Below, one piece after another: positions 31,299-39,129 of a stretch of 44,463 bases of DNA; the first letter of the stretch is position 1; each line of letters opens with the position of its first letter. The stretch lies in IMG/VR virus record IMGVR_UViG_3300045988_106441; one strand, given 5' to 3'. Made by a program: the position numbers and the translations under genes. The notes under the pieces were generated by a model. The model saw only the letters and a program-made list of their open reading frames with translations. It was not told where the DNA came from and ran no database searches. Origin of the DNA: a virus.

Positions 31299-31670
31299 TC
31301 ATTTCTCCGTAAACGCAAGCACCATGCCCGTCCAATATTCCGTGGCGTTCGTTCCCGCTCCTCTGTCGACGCCCTCCGGAGGGTCGCACGTCATGTTTGC
31401 CGTGCGATATCCTCCGCTTTGGGTGTCGAAAAAATATACGCTCAGATTTCCACTGTACAGTTGCTCGAGTAACGTGTTCAGCTGTGTTTCCGTTAGAGGC
31501 ATACACGTGCAGGTGATAATTGCCTTGATTGCAAGCACATCTTCCGTAAAACTGCCGTCCAGCATATACCCCTCGTTTGGCCCTTTGATTTTTTTGTGTC
31601 CCACCTTGTAGCCGACCGGCGTAAAGTAGGATGTAAAATCAATGCCATTGATTTTGATCGTTTTACTCAT
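31299..31670 (-). CDS. Small distal-tail-like protein
   Basis: 123 aa, directly after the TMP. Assigned by position only. Confidence 0.5.
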   Translation of the reverse strand: MSKTIKINGIDFTSYFTPVGYKVGHKKIKGPNEGYMLDGSFTEDVLAIKAIITCTCMPLTETQLNTLLEQLYSGNLSVYFFDTQSGGYRTANMTCDPPEGVDRGAGTNATEYWTGMVLAFTEK

Positions 31671-33460
31671 GCGCCGCTCCTTAATGCCTCCGCTGCGTTG
31701 TACGGCACCATTTTTCGCGCCAATACCGCGCCGTCAAGTTCGGTTGTCAAATTGATTACAATACTTCCCACACCGCCGGTCGCCAATGCACCAACACCGG
31801 ACGCAATAGAGTTGCCGATCGCCGCGACGCCGGAGGCTCCAAAATCGACTGATGCCGTTCCAAAGTCCATGCTAGATGCAATGCTACGCTTGATATTGCC
31901 GTATTCATTATCCCAGCCCTCACCCAAGCCAAGTGCCATGTTCTCGCCGATCCCAGCGAAGACGCGGGACGGTGAGTGAATACCGAGAACGCCTTTTACG
32001 CCATCCACAAGGCCGTCGAAAAAGCCCTTTACCATGCCTGTTAGCCAATCACCCATTCTCTTGATGCCTTCCCAGATTCCTTTGACAAGGGCTATTCCGA
32101 TTTCGATTGCGGCTTCGCCGATATAGCCTATGGACTGGATAAACGCGGATGCAAGGTTTTTGATAATCTCAGGAGCTGCATCCAAAAGCTTTGGTAGATT
32201 ATCAATTAGGCCTTCTGCAAGCGCAACAATAAACATTGTGCTTGCTTCAATAAGGGCAACAAGTGTATCTGGCTGAGTCAATATTTCCGCAATCTGTACC
32301 ACGCAATCAACCAACTGCGGTGCAATTTCCGGCATGGCCGAAGCAATCCCTTGCACCAAAGCAATCAGCATTTGCACGCCTGCGTCTAATAATTGTGGAA
32401 TAACAGATAAAATTGCTCCCGTAATTTCAGGGGCCATATCCGCAAGTGCCGCAACAATTCCGGGAGCTGCGTCTACAACCCCCTGCACCAAAGCAGTGGC
32501 AGCACTCACAAGCGATGGCAAAACAGAGCTAACAAGCGACGGTAACTGCTCGGAAATAACCGGGGAAAGCCGTGTAATTAAATCCCCAAACCCGGTAAAA
32601 ATTTTTTCAATACGCGGAAGAATATTTTCGGCCGCTTTACCAACCGAATAGGTAAAGTTTTCAATCAGCTGGTCAAGGTCTGCGTTATCATCTGCAATTC
32701 CGGTTACAAGGTTTGACCAAGCGGATTTCATCATGTTAACACTGCCTTCGATAGTGCTTGCCGCTTCCTCCGCCGTTGTCCCGGTGATCCCCATTTGATC
32801 TTGGATCACATGGATTGCTTCAATCATCTTGTCGAAAGAAACGCTATTGACTGTGTCCGCTGTGACCTCGACGGTATCGCCCAACACCCCTGAATCGTTG
32901 ATGAGCCGCGCCATTTCTGTCGCCGTGCCACCATAACCGAGTTTGAGGTTATCCAGCATGGTATAGTTTTGCTTTGCGAAACCTTGATAGGCATTCTGGA
33001 TCATCTCCATACTTGTGCCCATCTTGTTCGCGTTATCCGCCATGTCAATGACAGCCTGATTTGCTACCTCCGCCGCCTTTTCCGTGTCGCCTCCAAGGCC
33101 CTGCAACAGCGATGCCGAAAATGACGTAACCGTGTCCATGTACTCATTGGCGGAAAGTCCTGCGGTTTCATACGCGTGGTTTGCGTATTCTATGACTTGA
33201 TCGGCAGAGTTCTTGAACAGCGTCTCTACGCCTCCGACAAGCTGCTCGTATTCCGCGTATCCGTCAATGGATTTTTTTGTCAATACAGAAATACCAGTTG
33301 CCGCTGCCGTTAGAGCGGCTGCGCCAACTTTTGCCGCCGTTGCAAGCCCGCCTTTCAGCTTGCTTGCCAGTGCATCTGCCTTTTTGCCTGCTTCCGAAAA
33401 GCCGCTGTCAACGCCGCTGTCATCTACGCTGATTTTTACAAATAGGTCTAATAAATTCAC
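31667..33460 (-). CDS. Tape measure protein
   Basis: 597 aa, Ala/Gly-rich and helical. ...AYQGFAKQNYTMLDNLKLGYGGTATEMARLIN is a typical TMP core. Confidence 0.85.
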   Translation of the reverse strand: MNLLDLFVKISVDDSGVDSGFSEAGKKADALASKLKGGLATAAKVGAAALTAAATGISVLTKKSIDGYAEYEQLVGGVETLFKNSADQVIEYANHAYETAGLSANEYMDTVTSFSASLLQGLGGDTEKAAEVANQAVIDMADNANKMGTSMEMIQNAYQGFAKQNYTMLDNLKLGYGGTATEMARLINDSGVLGDTVEVTADTVNSVSFDKMIEAIHVIQDQMGITGTTAEEAASTIEGSVNMMKSAWSNLVTGIADDNADLDQLIENFTYSVGKAAENILPRIEKIFTGFGDLITRLSPVISEQLPSLVSSVLPSLVSAATALVQGVVDAAPGIVAALADMAPEITGAILSVIPQLLDAGVQMLIALVQGIASAMPEIAPQLVDCVVQIAEILTQPDTLVALIEASTMFIVALAEGLIDNLPKLLDAAPEIIKNLASAFIQSIGYIGEAAIEIGIALVKGIWEGIKRMGDWLTGMVKGFFDGLVDGVKGVLGIHSPSRVFAGIGENMALGLGEGWDNEYGNIKRSIASSMDFGTASVDFGASGVAAIGNSIASGVGALATGGVGSIVINLTTELDGAVLARKMVPYNAAEALRSGA

Positions 33461-33501
33461 GCTTTCACCACACTTTCTTGGTGATTTTCAGGAAAACGCC
33501 C

Positions 33502-33530
33502 GTGACATTTCGATAAATAAGGCGTATACT
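33502..33530 (+). promoter_or_regulatory. Candidate promoter of the PH-domain moron
   Basis: GTGACA, 17 nt, TATACT. RBS AAAGGAGGG precedes ATG 33553. Confidence 0.4.
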
Positions 33531-33552
33531 TTCATTAAAGGAGGGTTTTGCC

Positions 33553-33936
33553 ATGATTAACTTTAACAACAATTCCGCATGGGACTTAAAGCCCATCAAT
33601 GTTTCCGAGGTTCGCGATGAGGTCAACGGTCTTCTGATTGAGGGTGAGGCCGTCGCCTGCGCCTTCAAAACGGTTCGCGACCAGCTGATTTTTACCAACA
33701 AGCGCATCATTTCCGTTGACGTGCAGGGCATTACCGGAAAACGGAAATCGTTCAGCTCCATGCCCTATTCCAAAATTCAGTTTTTCAGCATCCAGACCCC
33801 CGGCTTTGCCGAGCTGATCCCGGACAGTGAATTGGTCCTGACCTTCTCCAATGGCTTTGTGGCTAAATTTGAATTTAAGGGTCAGACAGACATTGGCGAG
33901 ATCGGCAGAATGATTTCTGAATACGTCCTCAAATAA
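33553..33936 (+). CDS. Bacterial PH-domain (YokE-like) protein
   Basis: LLIEGEAVACAFKTVRDQLIFTNKRIISVDVQGITGKRKSFSSMPYSKI resembles the bPH/YokE pattern. Opposite strand to the tail operon. Confidence 0.65.
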   Translation: MINFNNNSAWDLKPINVSEVRDEVNGLLIEGEAVACAFKTVRDQLIFTNKRIISVDVQGITGKRKSFSSMPYSKIQFFSIQTPGFAELIPDSELVLTFSNGFVAKFEFKGQTDIGEIGRMISEYVLK

Positions 33937-33943
33937 CCGCCTC

Positions 33944-34213
33944 TCACGCCTCCCCACCCGGGGAGGCGTGTTTTACCGTCAACCCGCACTGGGAAACCAC
34001 ATCCGCCGTAATCTCCGCACAGGACCGTTTATCCCGCTTCTCCGGTCTGACGGCATCTGCATACCTGCCCTTCATGTAGCTGCCTCCGACATACCGCGCC
34101 GTATTTTCCGCTGCAATCTTTAGCGCATCCGTCACATATACCCGGAACGCCTTGTCCTTTGTTCGCTCAGCCAGACGCGCCCAGCAATATCTTGTAAACG
34201 CTCTTACTTTTTG
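33944..34213 (-). CDS. Tail assembly chaperone -1 frameshift extension (gpT-like part)
   Basis: The -1 frame is open from 34288 down to 33944 with no ATG/RBS of its own. It overlaps the end of the chaperone ORF at ..CGC AAA AAG TAA. Confidence 0.55.
   Translation of the reverse strand, partial: QKVRAFTRYCWARLAERTKDKAFRVYVTDALKIAAENTARYVGGSYMKGRYADAVRPEKRDKRSCAEITADVVSQCGLTVKHASPGGEA
33945..33974 (+). terminator. Intrinsic terminator of the PH-domain gene
   Basis: 11-bp stem cacgcctcccc/ggggaggcgtg, 4-nt loop, then TTTT. Confidence 0.75.
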
Positions 34214-34599
34214 CGGTCCCCGGTATTCCCCTGCGCAGAGCCAGAGGTTTTCTCGCTCTGCGCCGAGATAAAAAGCTCTCCAAACGCCTCATCTGTCAAA
34301 AGCTCTGTTGCGTCCCGCATTAGTTTTGCGAGATTCAACGTTCCTTTGTAGGCATCTGCGCTCACGCCCTCAATAGAGGCAAGGATAGCGATGATGTCGC
34401 CCTTGTGTCCCTTGAGCAGCGCAGGGAGCGCTTTACGCGCCCGCTGCATTGCAAACTCCTTCGCCGTCATTCCCTCGGGGATCTTTTCACGCCGAAACAT
34501 GGCGGATGCCTTTTCGTCCTCTGCGATGTTGGCAATGGGGTCAATGATATCTGCGATAACATCAAACACCCGCTCGCCGTGAATATCGGAAAGTTTCAT
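34204..34599 (-). CDS. Tail assembly chaperone (gpG-like)
   Basis: 131 aa between the major tail protein and the TMP. Start MKLSDIHGERV after GGAGGG. Confidence 0.7.
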   Translation of the reverse strand: MKLSDIHGERVFDVIADIIDPIANIAEDEKASAMFRREKIPEGMTAKEFAMQRARKALPALLKGHKGDIIAILASIEGVSADAYKGTLNLAKLMRDATELLTDEAFGELFISAQSEKTSGSAQGNTGDRKK

Positions 34600-34600
34600 A

Positions 34601-35185
34601 TCAGCCCTCCGCCGTACCGGCCTTAATGTAGATCTCAAAGGGGACCGTGTCCTGTGCCGCCATGGAGTAGTGGGCGGTATACTCAAACGCAAACTGGCCC
34701 TTTGCCTTGTCGCTGGTCTGCAGCTGGAAGCCGCCGGTGGACAGTGCATTCATCAGGTGGATGGCAATGAAGCCGCCATTTTTATCGCCGTTCTTGTCGG
34801 AGTAGTCGCCCACCAGCCAGATGTCGGCAAAGTCGGCGTCCGACAGATCGTTCCGAGGCGTGACCTTTCCATCGCTGGTACCCACATCGGCAGCACCGCA
34901 AAGGCTCTTTGCGATCTTGGTGTCTGCGTTGATGAACGTACCCGTCATCTTCGCCTCCCAGGAATCCAGCCGTTTCAGCTCCTTCATGTTCTTCGGGCAG
35001 TTGTCAATGTCCTCGCCAAAGTCCGAATAGGTCGGCGTTGCGGTAAAATTCACGCCGCCGGTAGTCGCGCCGATCTGTCCCGCCTCTCCGATGGTTCCGG
35101 TGGCCGGGGTAAAATCGGTAGTCAGAATACCGGCGTTGATCTGCAATTTCTGAAATGCGTCGGTAGGAATTTTTGTAAATTTCAT
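34601..35185 (-). CDS. Major tail protein
   Basis: 194 aa, supported by position and composition (MKFTKIPTDAFQKLQINAGILTTDFTP...). Confidence 0.8.
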   Translation of the reverse strand: MKFTKIPTDAFQKLQINAGILTTDFTPATGTIGEAGQIGATTGGVNFTATPTYSDFGEDIDNCPKNMKELKRLDSWEAKMTGTFINADTKIAKSLCGAADVGTSDGKVTPRNDLSDADFADIWLVGDYSDKNGDKNGGFIAIHLMNALSTGGFQLQTSDKAKGQFAFEYTAHYSMAAQDTVPFEIYIKAGTAEG

Positions 35186-35200
35186 AGTTTCGTCCTTTCA

Positions 35201-35569
35201 TCAGTTTTGCGACAGATATTCCACCGTGATGTTGAGATACCGCCGCTTGATGTTTTTATCGCTCTCGTCCACGATGTTCTGGCACCACGGGGAGCCGCGC
35301 TTGATCCACATCGCGCCTCCGTCATAGGGCACGAACGCGCCGCCCATGCCGATGGCGTCAGAGATTTCCTGTGCCTTGGAGTTGGGGATTGCCTCGCTCT
35401 CGGTGTAATACCAGAGATTCACCGTCAGAGCGATTTCTCCACTTTCCCATGACCCTGTGATAAGCTCATAGGTCAGCCACGGGAACGTCGCGTCCTCCGG
35501 CACATTGGATGTTGGGTATGCCGGGAGGAATTGAGAAAACCACGCATGGAGCGCCTTATCCTTCGTCAT
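35201..35569 (-). CDS. Tail terminator/tail completion protein
   Basis: 122 aa. Assigned by position upstream of the major tail gene. Confidence 0.55.
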   Translation of the reverse strand: MTKDKALHAWFSQFLPAYPTSNVPEDATFPWLTYELITGSWESGEIALTVNLWYYTESEAIPNSKAQEISDAIGMGGAFVPYDGGAMWIKRGSPWCQNIVDESDKNIKRRYLNITVEYLSQN

Positions 35570-35922
35570 TTCGGCAGCTCCTTTCGCTCCGCAGTGAAGA
35601 ATTTAAGCGCCCGGATTGCCGGTCCGGCAGATTTCGGAGCTGCCTTTTCCTCTGGGTTTGACGTCACCCGATAAGTCAGCCCCGTTTCCCCATCCCGGAA
35701 ATAATCGTTGTACTCAATGGGCACGTCCCGGTTGACCAGTGCGGAATACACCGAAGTCACGCCCTCCTGTTCCGCCCTCCGGGCCTCCATCGAGGTGTCA
35801 AGCGCCTGATAGTTGAGAAACTCAGCGCCGTCACCCCATTCCGTGATATAGCCGCCAGCATTGTCGCCCGTGCGTTTCTTTTCAATCAGCACGCACTTTT
35901 TACCAAACGCGTCCAACAGCAT
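35566..35922 (-). CDS. Head closure/head-tail adaptor protein
   Basis: 118 aa. Position plus an SPP1 gp16-like pattern (YRVTSNPEE). Confidence 0.6.
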   Translation of the reverse strand: MLLDAFGKKCVLIEKKRTGDNAGGYITEWGDGAEFLNYQALDTSMEARRAEQEGVTSVYSALVNRDVPIEYNDYFRDGETGLTYRVTSNPEEKAAPKSAGPAIRALKFFTAERKELPK

Positions 35923-36356
35923 TACGGCTCCACCCCCTTGAGCTTCCGCCAGTCATTTAAACGGCCCTTAAAAGCATCCTGCCAGCCCGTCACAGCGCTC
36001 GTGTCGGCCTTCCCACCGCTCGCCTTGGTGTAACTGTACCCCCCGAAACTCTCGCTCGTGTAAGGGCTTAAAACGGCTTCACCGTTCTTTTCTTCCCACG
36101 CGGCAATGTCGATGGAAAGCGTCACAACCGCCTTCGGAATCGCCAACGCCCACACCGTCCCGGTAAATATTTCATCCGTCAGGTCAACCGCCGGATACAG
36201 GTGCAGGCCATCGTTGAACACGGAACCGCAGATGCGGAAATATTGATTGGTTTGGAGAAAAGGCAGCGCAATGCTGCCATTCTCCACGGTGAACGTGCCC
36301 TCGTGAGTGTCCACAAGGAACCAGTTGTTCAAGTGCCGTAAGACCTGTTCAAGCAT
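35922..36356 (-). CDS. Head-tail connector protein
   Basis: 144 aa, directly after the major capsid gene. Confidence 0.6.
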   Translation of the reverse strand: MLEQVLRHLNNWFLVDTHEGTFTVENGSIALPFLQTNQYFRICGSVFNDGLHLYPAVDLTDEIFTGTVWALAIPKAVVTLSIDIAAWEEKNGEAVLSPYTSESFGGYSYTKASGGKADTSAVTGWQDAFKGRLNDWRKLKGVEP

Positions 36357-36372
36357 TACGCTGCCCCCCTAT

Positions 36373-37275
36373 TTAGCCCGCACCGGCCACCGAAACGGTA
36401 GCCACGGCAATGCCGTCCAGATACTCAGCCCACAGCTTCATGCCCATGATGGCGTACATATCGCCGGTGGCGCGGCTGTAATCGCCGTCGACGTGAACGC
36501 CGATCAGATTGGTTTCGCCCTTCACGGTGTAGTTCAGGCCCAGCTTGGCAAAGTCGCTGTCGCTGGGGTCCACATAGTACAGGTCGATGTTCTCCACGGG
36601 CAGAGCAATCACCTTCTTCGAGGCGATGTACTTCTCGGGCAGCAGGAACAGAGTGCGGTAGCCCATGAAGTTCTCCACGTAGTTGATGCCGAACATGGTC
36701 TGCACGGTGATCTCTTTGTCACCAAGGTAATCGTAAGCGTCGATGATGTTGGCAAAACCCACCACCTCGGTCACGTCCTTATCCAGACCGGCAAACTTGT
36801 CCAGCACCTTGCCCTTAGCCATAGCCAGAGCACGCTGCCACGTCTTCTCGGTCACCTTCAAAGTGCCGGTACCGAGGAAGGTATAGAAGTCGGTCAGGAC
36901 CTTGTTCTGCAGGGCCACGAGGAAAGCCTCGTCGGTCTTCTCCACGGCAACGTCAGCACCGTACTTCGCCACGCTCTCGATGGTCACGCTCTTGGCATAC
37001 TTGGAAATGTCGATGTCGCCGTAAGCAACCGGCTCCACCTTCATCTTGGTGAAGGGGATCTCGTCACCCTCAGCCACGGTGCCGCCCTTGAGATCGCCGT
37101 CCACGCTGGCCTTGTAGGAAACCAGCTTCGTGCCGGGGGCCTTGCGGATAGGACGCATGATGCCCATGATGTTCCGCAGTGCGTCCCAGTTATCAGCGAA
37201 GCGGGACACGAAATCCACCTCACGGGCGGAAGTGGTAAACTGCGCGGAAGTTGTTACGTTAGTTTTCGCAGCCAT
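36373..37275 (-). CDS. Major capsid protein
   Basis: 300 aa, following the scaffold gene. Typical SPP1 gp13-like layout. Confidence 0.85.
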   Translation of the reverse strand: MAAKTNVTTSAQFTTSAREVDFVSRFADNWDALRNIMGIMRPIRKAPGTKLVSYKASVDGDLKGGTVAEGDEIPFTKMKVEPVAYGDIDISKYAKSVTIESVAKYGADVAVEKTDEAFLVALQNKVLTDFYTFLGTGTLKVTEKTWQRALAMAKGKVLDKFAGLDKDVTEVVGFANIIDAYDYLGDKEITVQTMFGINYVENFMGYRTLFLLPEKYIASKKVIALPVENIDLYYVDPSDSDFAKLGLNYTVKGETNLIGVHVDGDYSRATGDMYAIMGMKLWAEYLDGIAVATVSVAGAG

Positions 37276-37294
37276 AAATAGCTCCTTTCAAAAA

Positions 37295-37906
37295 TCAGTT
37301 GTTTTCGCTTGCCATCAGATCGGCAAGTGCTTTCTGGCGCTCCGCCGTAGACATCACATAGCGGCCCTTATCGTCCTTCTTGTAGATGTCCTCGCGGGTC
37401 TTTGCGCCGCCGGTGTTTGCCGGGGGATTGGCGGGATTCGCGCCCTTTGTCTGCGTGGTGGAGACCAGCCCCTTGTAGGTGCCATCTACGAGCGCATCAA
37501 GGGCCTTGGTGTCCTTGATCTTCTCGCCGTCCAGCTCCAATGCGGCCATTTCTTCGCCGCAGCCGCGCATAGCAAGGTCCAAATTCGCGCCGGTGATGTT
37601 TTTGCTCTCAAAGTAAGCCCGGACGGCCTTTTCCTTCGCCGCCTTGTTCTCCTTTGCCGTGATGTCGGTCTTAAAGGCTTCAAAGGCCGAGTGTTCCTTC
37701 TCGTACTTCTCCTTGTAACCGCCATCGCCTGCTGCCTTGAGGTCGTCCAATTCCTTCTGGACGTTGTGCAGTTTCTCCGCGTCCACCTTGTACTTGCTGA
37801 CATCAGCTTTCAAGCCGTCCACGGTGTCGGTATGTGCCTCGATGATGGTGTCCACCTGTTCGTCGGTGAGACCCATGCCCTTCAAAAGTTTGCGTGTAAG
37901 TGCCAT
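37295..37906 (-). CDS. Scaffolding protein
   Basis: 203 aa, highly charged and helical (KADVSKYKVDAEKLHNVQKELDDLKAAG...). Confidence 0.8.
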   Translation of the reverse strand: MALTRKLLKGMGLTDEQVDTIIEAHTDTVDGLKADVSKYKVDAEKLHNVQKELDDLKAAGDGGYKEKYEKEHSAFEAFKTDITAKENKAAKEKAVRAYFESKNITGANLDLAMRGCGEEMAALELDGEKIKDTKALDALVDGTYKGLVSTTQTKGANPANPPANTGGAKTREDIYKKDDKGRYVMSTAERQKALADLMASENN

Positions 37907-37956
37907 TGTTCTATCTTCCCTTCCCTTGTCCGCAGTCCGTCGCGGCGATAGATTGT

Positions 37957-37984
37957 ATAAAACCGCTGTACCTAGCGGGTTTTA
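37957..37984. terminator. Hairpin with a flanking A-run and T-run
   Basis: aaaaccgc-tgtaccta-gcgGgtttt, between 37991..38356 and the scaffold gene. Confidence 0.35.
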
Positions 37985-37990
37985 CCTGTT

Positions 37991-38356
37991 CTAAATTGCG
38001 TTTGCCATTTCCCACGCCTTGTGGATTTTCGGCCCTTGCCATGCGATCCAGTCAACAAGCTCCTCGTTTTTGCACCATGCCCCTTCAAACGAAAGCCCGC
38101 TATCCGAAAGACCGCTTTCGCTGAAAAATGCGTGTACAATTTCATGCCGTAGCGTTTGCTTTTGAGCTTCTTTTGCCGTTTCTACTGGCTCGTTTTCCCA
38201 CCCCTTATAAGTTTTCATGTCGCAAATTACGATTTGCTTCAAAAGGTGGTCGCAATATCCGTCAATGCTCCTGCGCTCAAACGCCTCATCGTCGCCGTAC
38301 TTTTTAACGACAATTTCGTAATCCGTTCCTAAAATGTTGACTTTGCTGTTAGCCAT
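37991..38356 (-). CDS. HExxH-motif protein (putative zinc metallopeptidase)
   Basis: 121 aa with KQTLRHEIVHAFFSESGL. AT-richer than the neighbouring head genes by eye. Confidence 0.6.
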   Translation of the reverse strand: MANSKVNILGTDYEIVVKKYGDDEAFERRSIDGYCDHLLKQIVICDMKTYKGWENEPVETAKEAQKQTLRHEIVHAFFSESGLSDSGLSFEGAWCKNEELVDWIAWQGPKIHKAWEMANAI

Positions 38357-38370
38357 GCGTTCCCTCCTGA

Positions 38371-38413
38371 AAGAAAAAGAGCCAACCTGTAAGAAATCCT
38401 TACAAGTTGGCTC
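38371..38413 (-). terminator. Strong intrinsic terminator inside the head module
   Basis: 14-bp stem (38379-38393 pairs with 38399-38413, one mismatch), 5-nt loop, then TTTTTCTT on the minus strand. Confidence 0.65.
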
Positions 38414-38433
38414 CTATTGCCCTTTCCCGCGCC

Positions 38434-38568
38434 CTATTCCGCGGAAGTTGAATATTTGATTGTTTTCTTAACCTCTAAAACGATGTACCCATCGCCTTTT
38501 CGGCGTATCTCTGCGTCGTTGCCGCGCTTTATAATGGCTTCAATGGCCTTGATGGTCTCGTTATCCAT
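38434..38568 (-). CDS. Micro-ORF (44 aa)
   Basis: MDNETIKAIEAIIKRGNDAEIRRKGDGYIVLEVKKTIKYSTSAE. Overlaps the upstream stop by 8 nt and is followed by the terminator. Confidence 0.4.
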   Translation of the reverse strand: MDNETIKAIEAIIKRGNDAEIRRKGDGYIVLEVKKTIKYSTSAE

Positions 38569-38974
38569 TTTTCAGCTCGCTTTCCAAAATGTCCCGATAC
38601 TGTCCCGCATGGTCGGCGGCAGCAGGTTTCAAAAACGGCTGTGCTTTGTTGCCGCGCGTGTAATGCCAGTTGCCTTTTTCATCCTGATACACCCACGGCG
38701 TAGGCCGTCCTCCGCCTCCCTCGGCATAAATGCCGGTACCTAATTCAACGTACTCGCCGTGCTCGGAATCCGTGCCGATGTACGCCGCGGGCTCGCCGTC
38801 GTCTACCACATGGGTAATGCTGTTGCGCAGGATGCCTGTCGGATTTTTAAATCCGTCACACAGCTTTTTCGCATATCCCTCTGCCACCAGCCCGCATTTT
38901 TCAAGCCCGCGAAGAATCGCCGCTTTGATCTCAGCGGAAACCTCCGCACTGTGGTCTTCGATTGTAACGCTCAT
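38561..38974 (-). CDS. HK97 gp10-family protein
   Basis: 137 aa. ...AKKLCDGFKNPTGILRNSITHVV...AQPFLKPAA resembles the gp10 family. Confidence 0.6.
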   Translation of the reverse strand: MSVTIEDHSAEVSAEIKAAILRGLEKCGLVAEGYAKKLCDGFKNPTGILRNSITHVVDDGEPAAYIGTDSEHGEYVELGTGIYAEGGGGRPTPWVYQDEKGNWHYTRGNKAQPFLKPAAADHAGQYRDILESELKNG

Positions 38975-39129
38975 TTTTTCTCCTCAGAAAACACGGTATA
39001 TCCCCCGCCCGTATAGTGCTTGCATAGTTGTTCTCTCAATTTAATTTCGGGTGGGATTGGGGTGTAATATGGGCATTCATCATTCGCTCCCCAGTTTTTG
39101 CAATCAAGGCAGAGCGGAATACATTGCAT
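38971..39129 (-). CDS. Small Cys-rich ORF (52 aa)
   Basis: MQCIPLCLDCKNWGANDECPYYTPIPPEIKLREQLCKHYTGGGYTVFSEEKK. Overlaps the stop codon of the upstream gene and the start codon of the downstream gene. Confidence 0.5.
   Translation of the reverse strand: MQCIPLCLDCKNWGANDECPYYTPIPPEIKLREQLCKHYTGGGYTVFSEEKK

Noticed and set aside
36307-37281. Long plus-strand ORFs antisense to structural genes (for example 36307-37281, 40597-42168, 21855-22841, 34670-35452, 28471-29088)
   Set aside because: They lie opposite clearly recognisable capsid, portal, tail and other genes. They have low-complexity or Arg/Gly/His-rich translations and no RBS, which is typical of antisense ORFs in GC-rich DNA.
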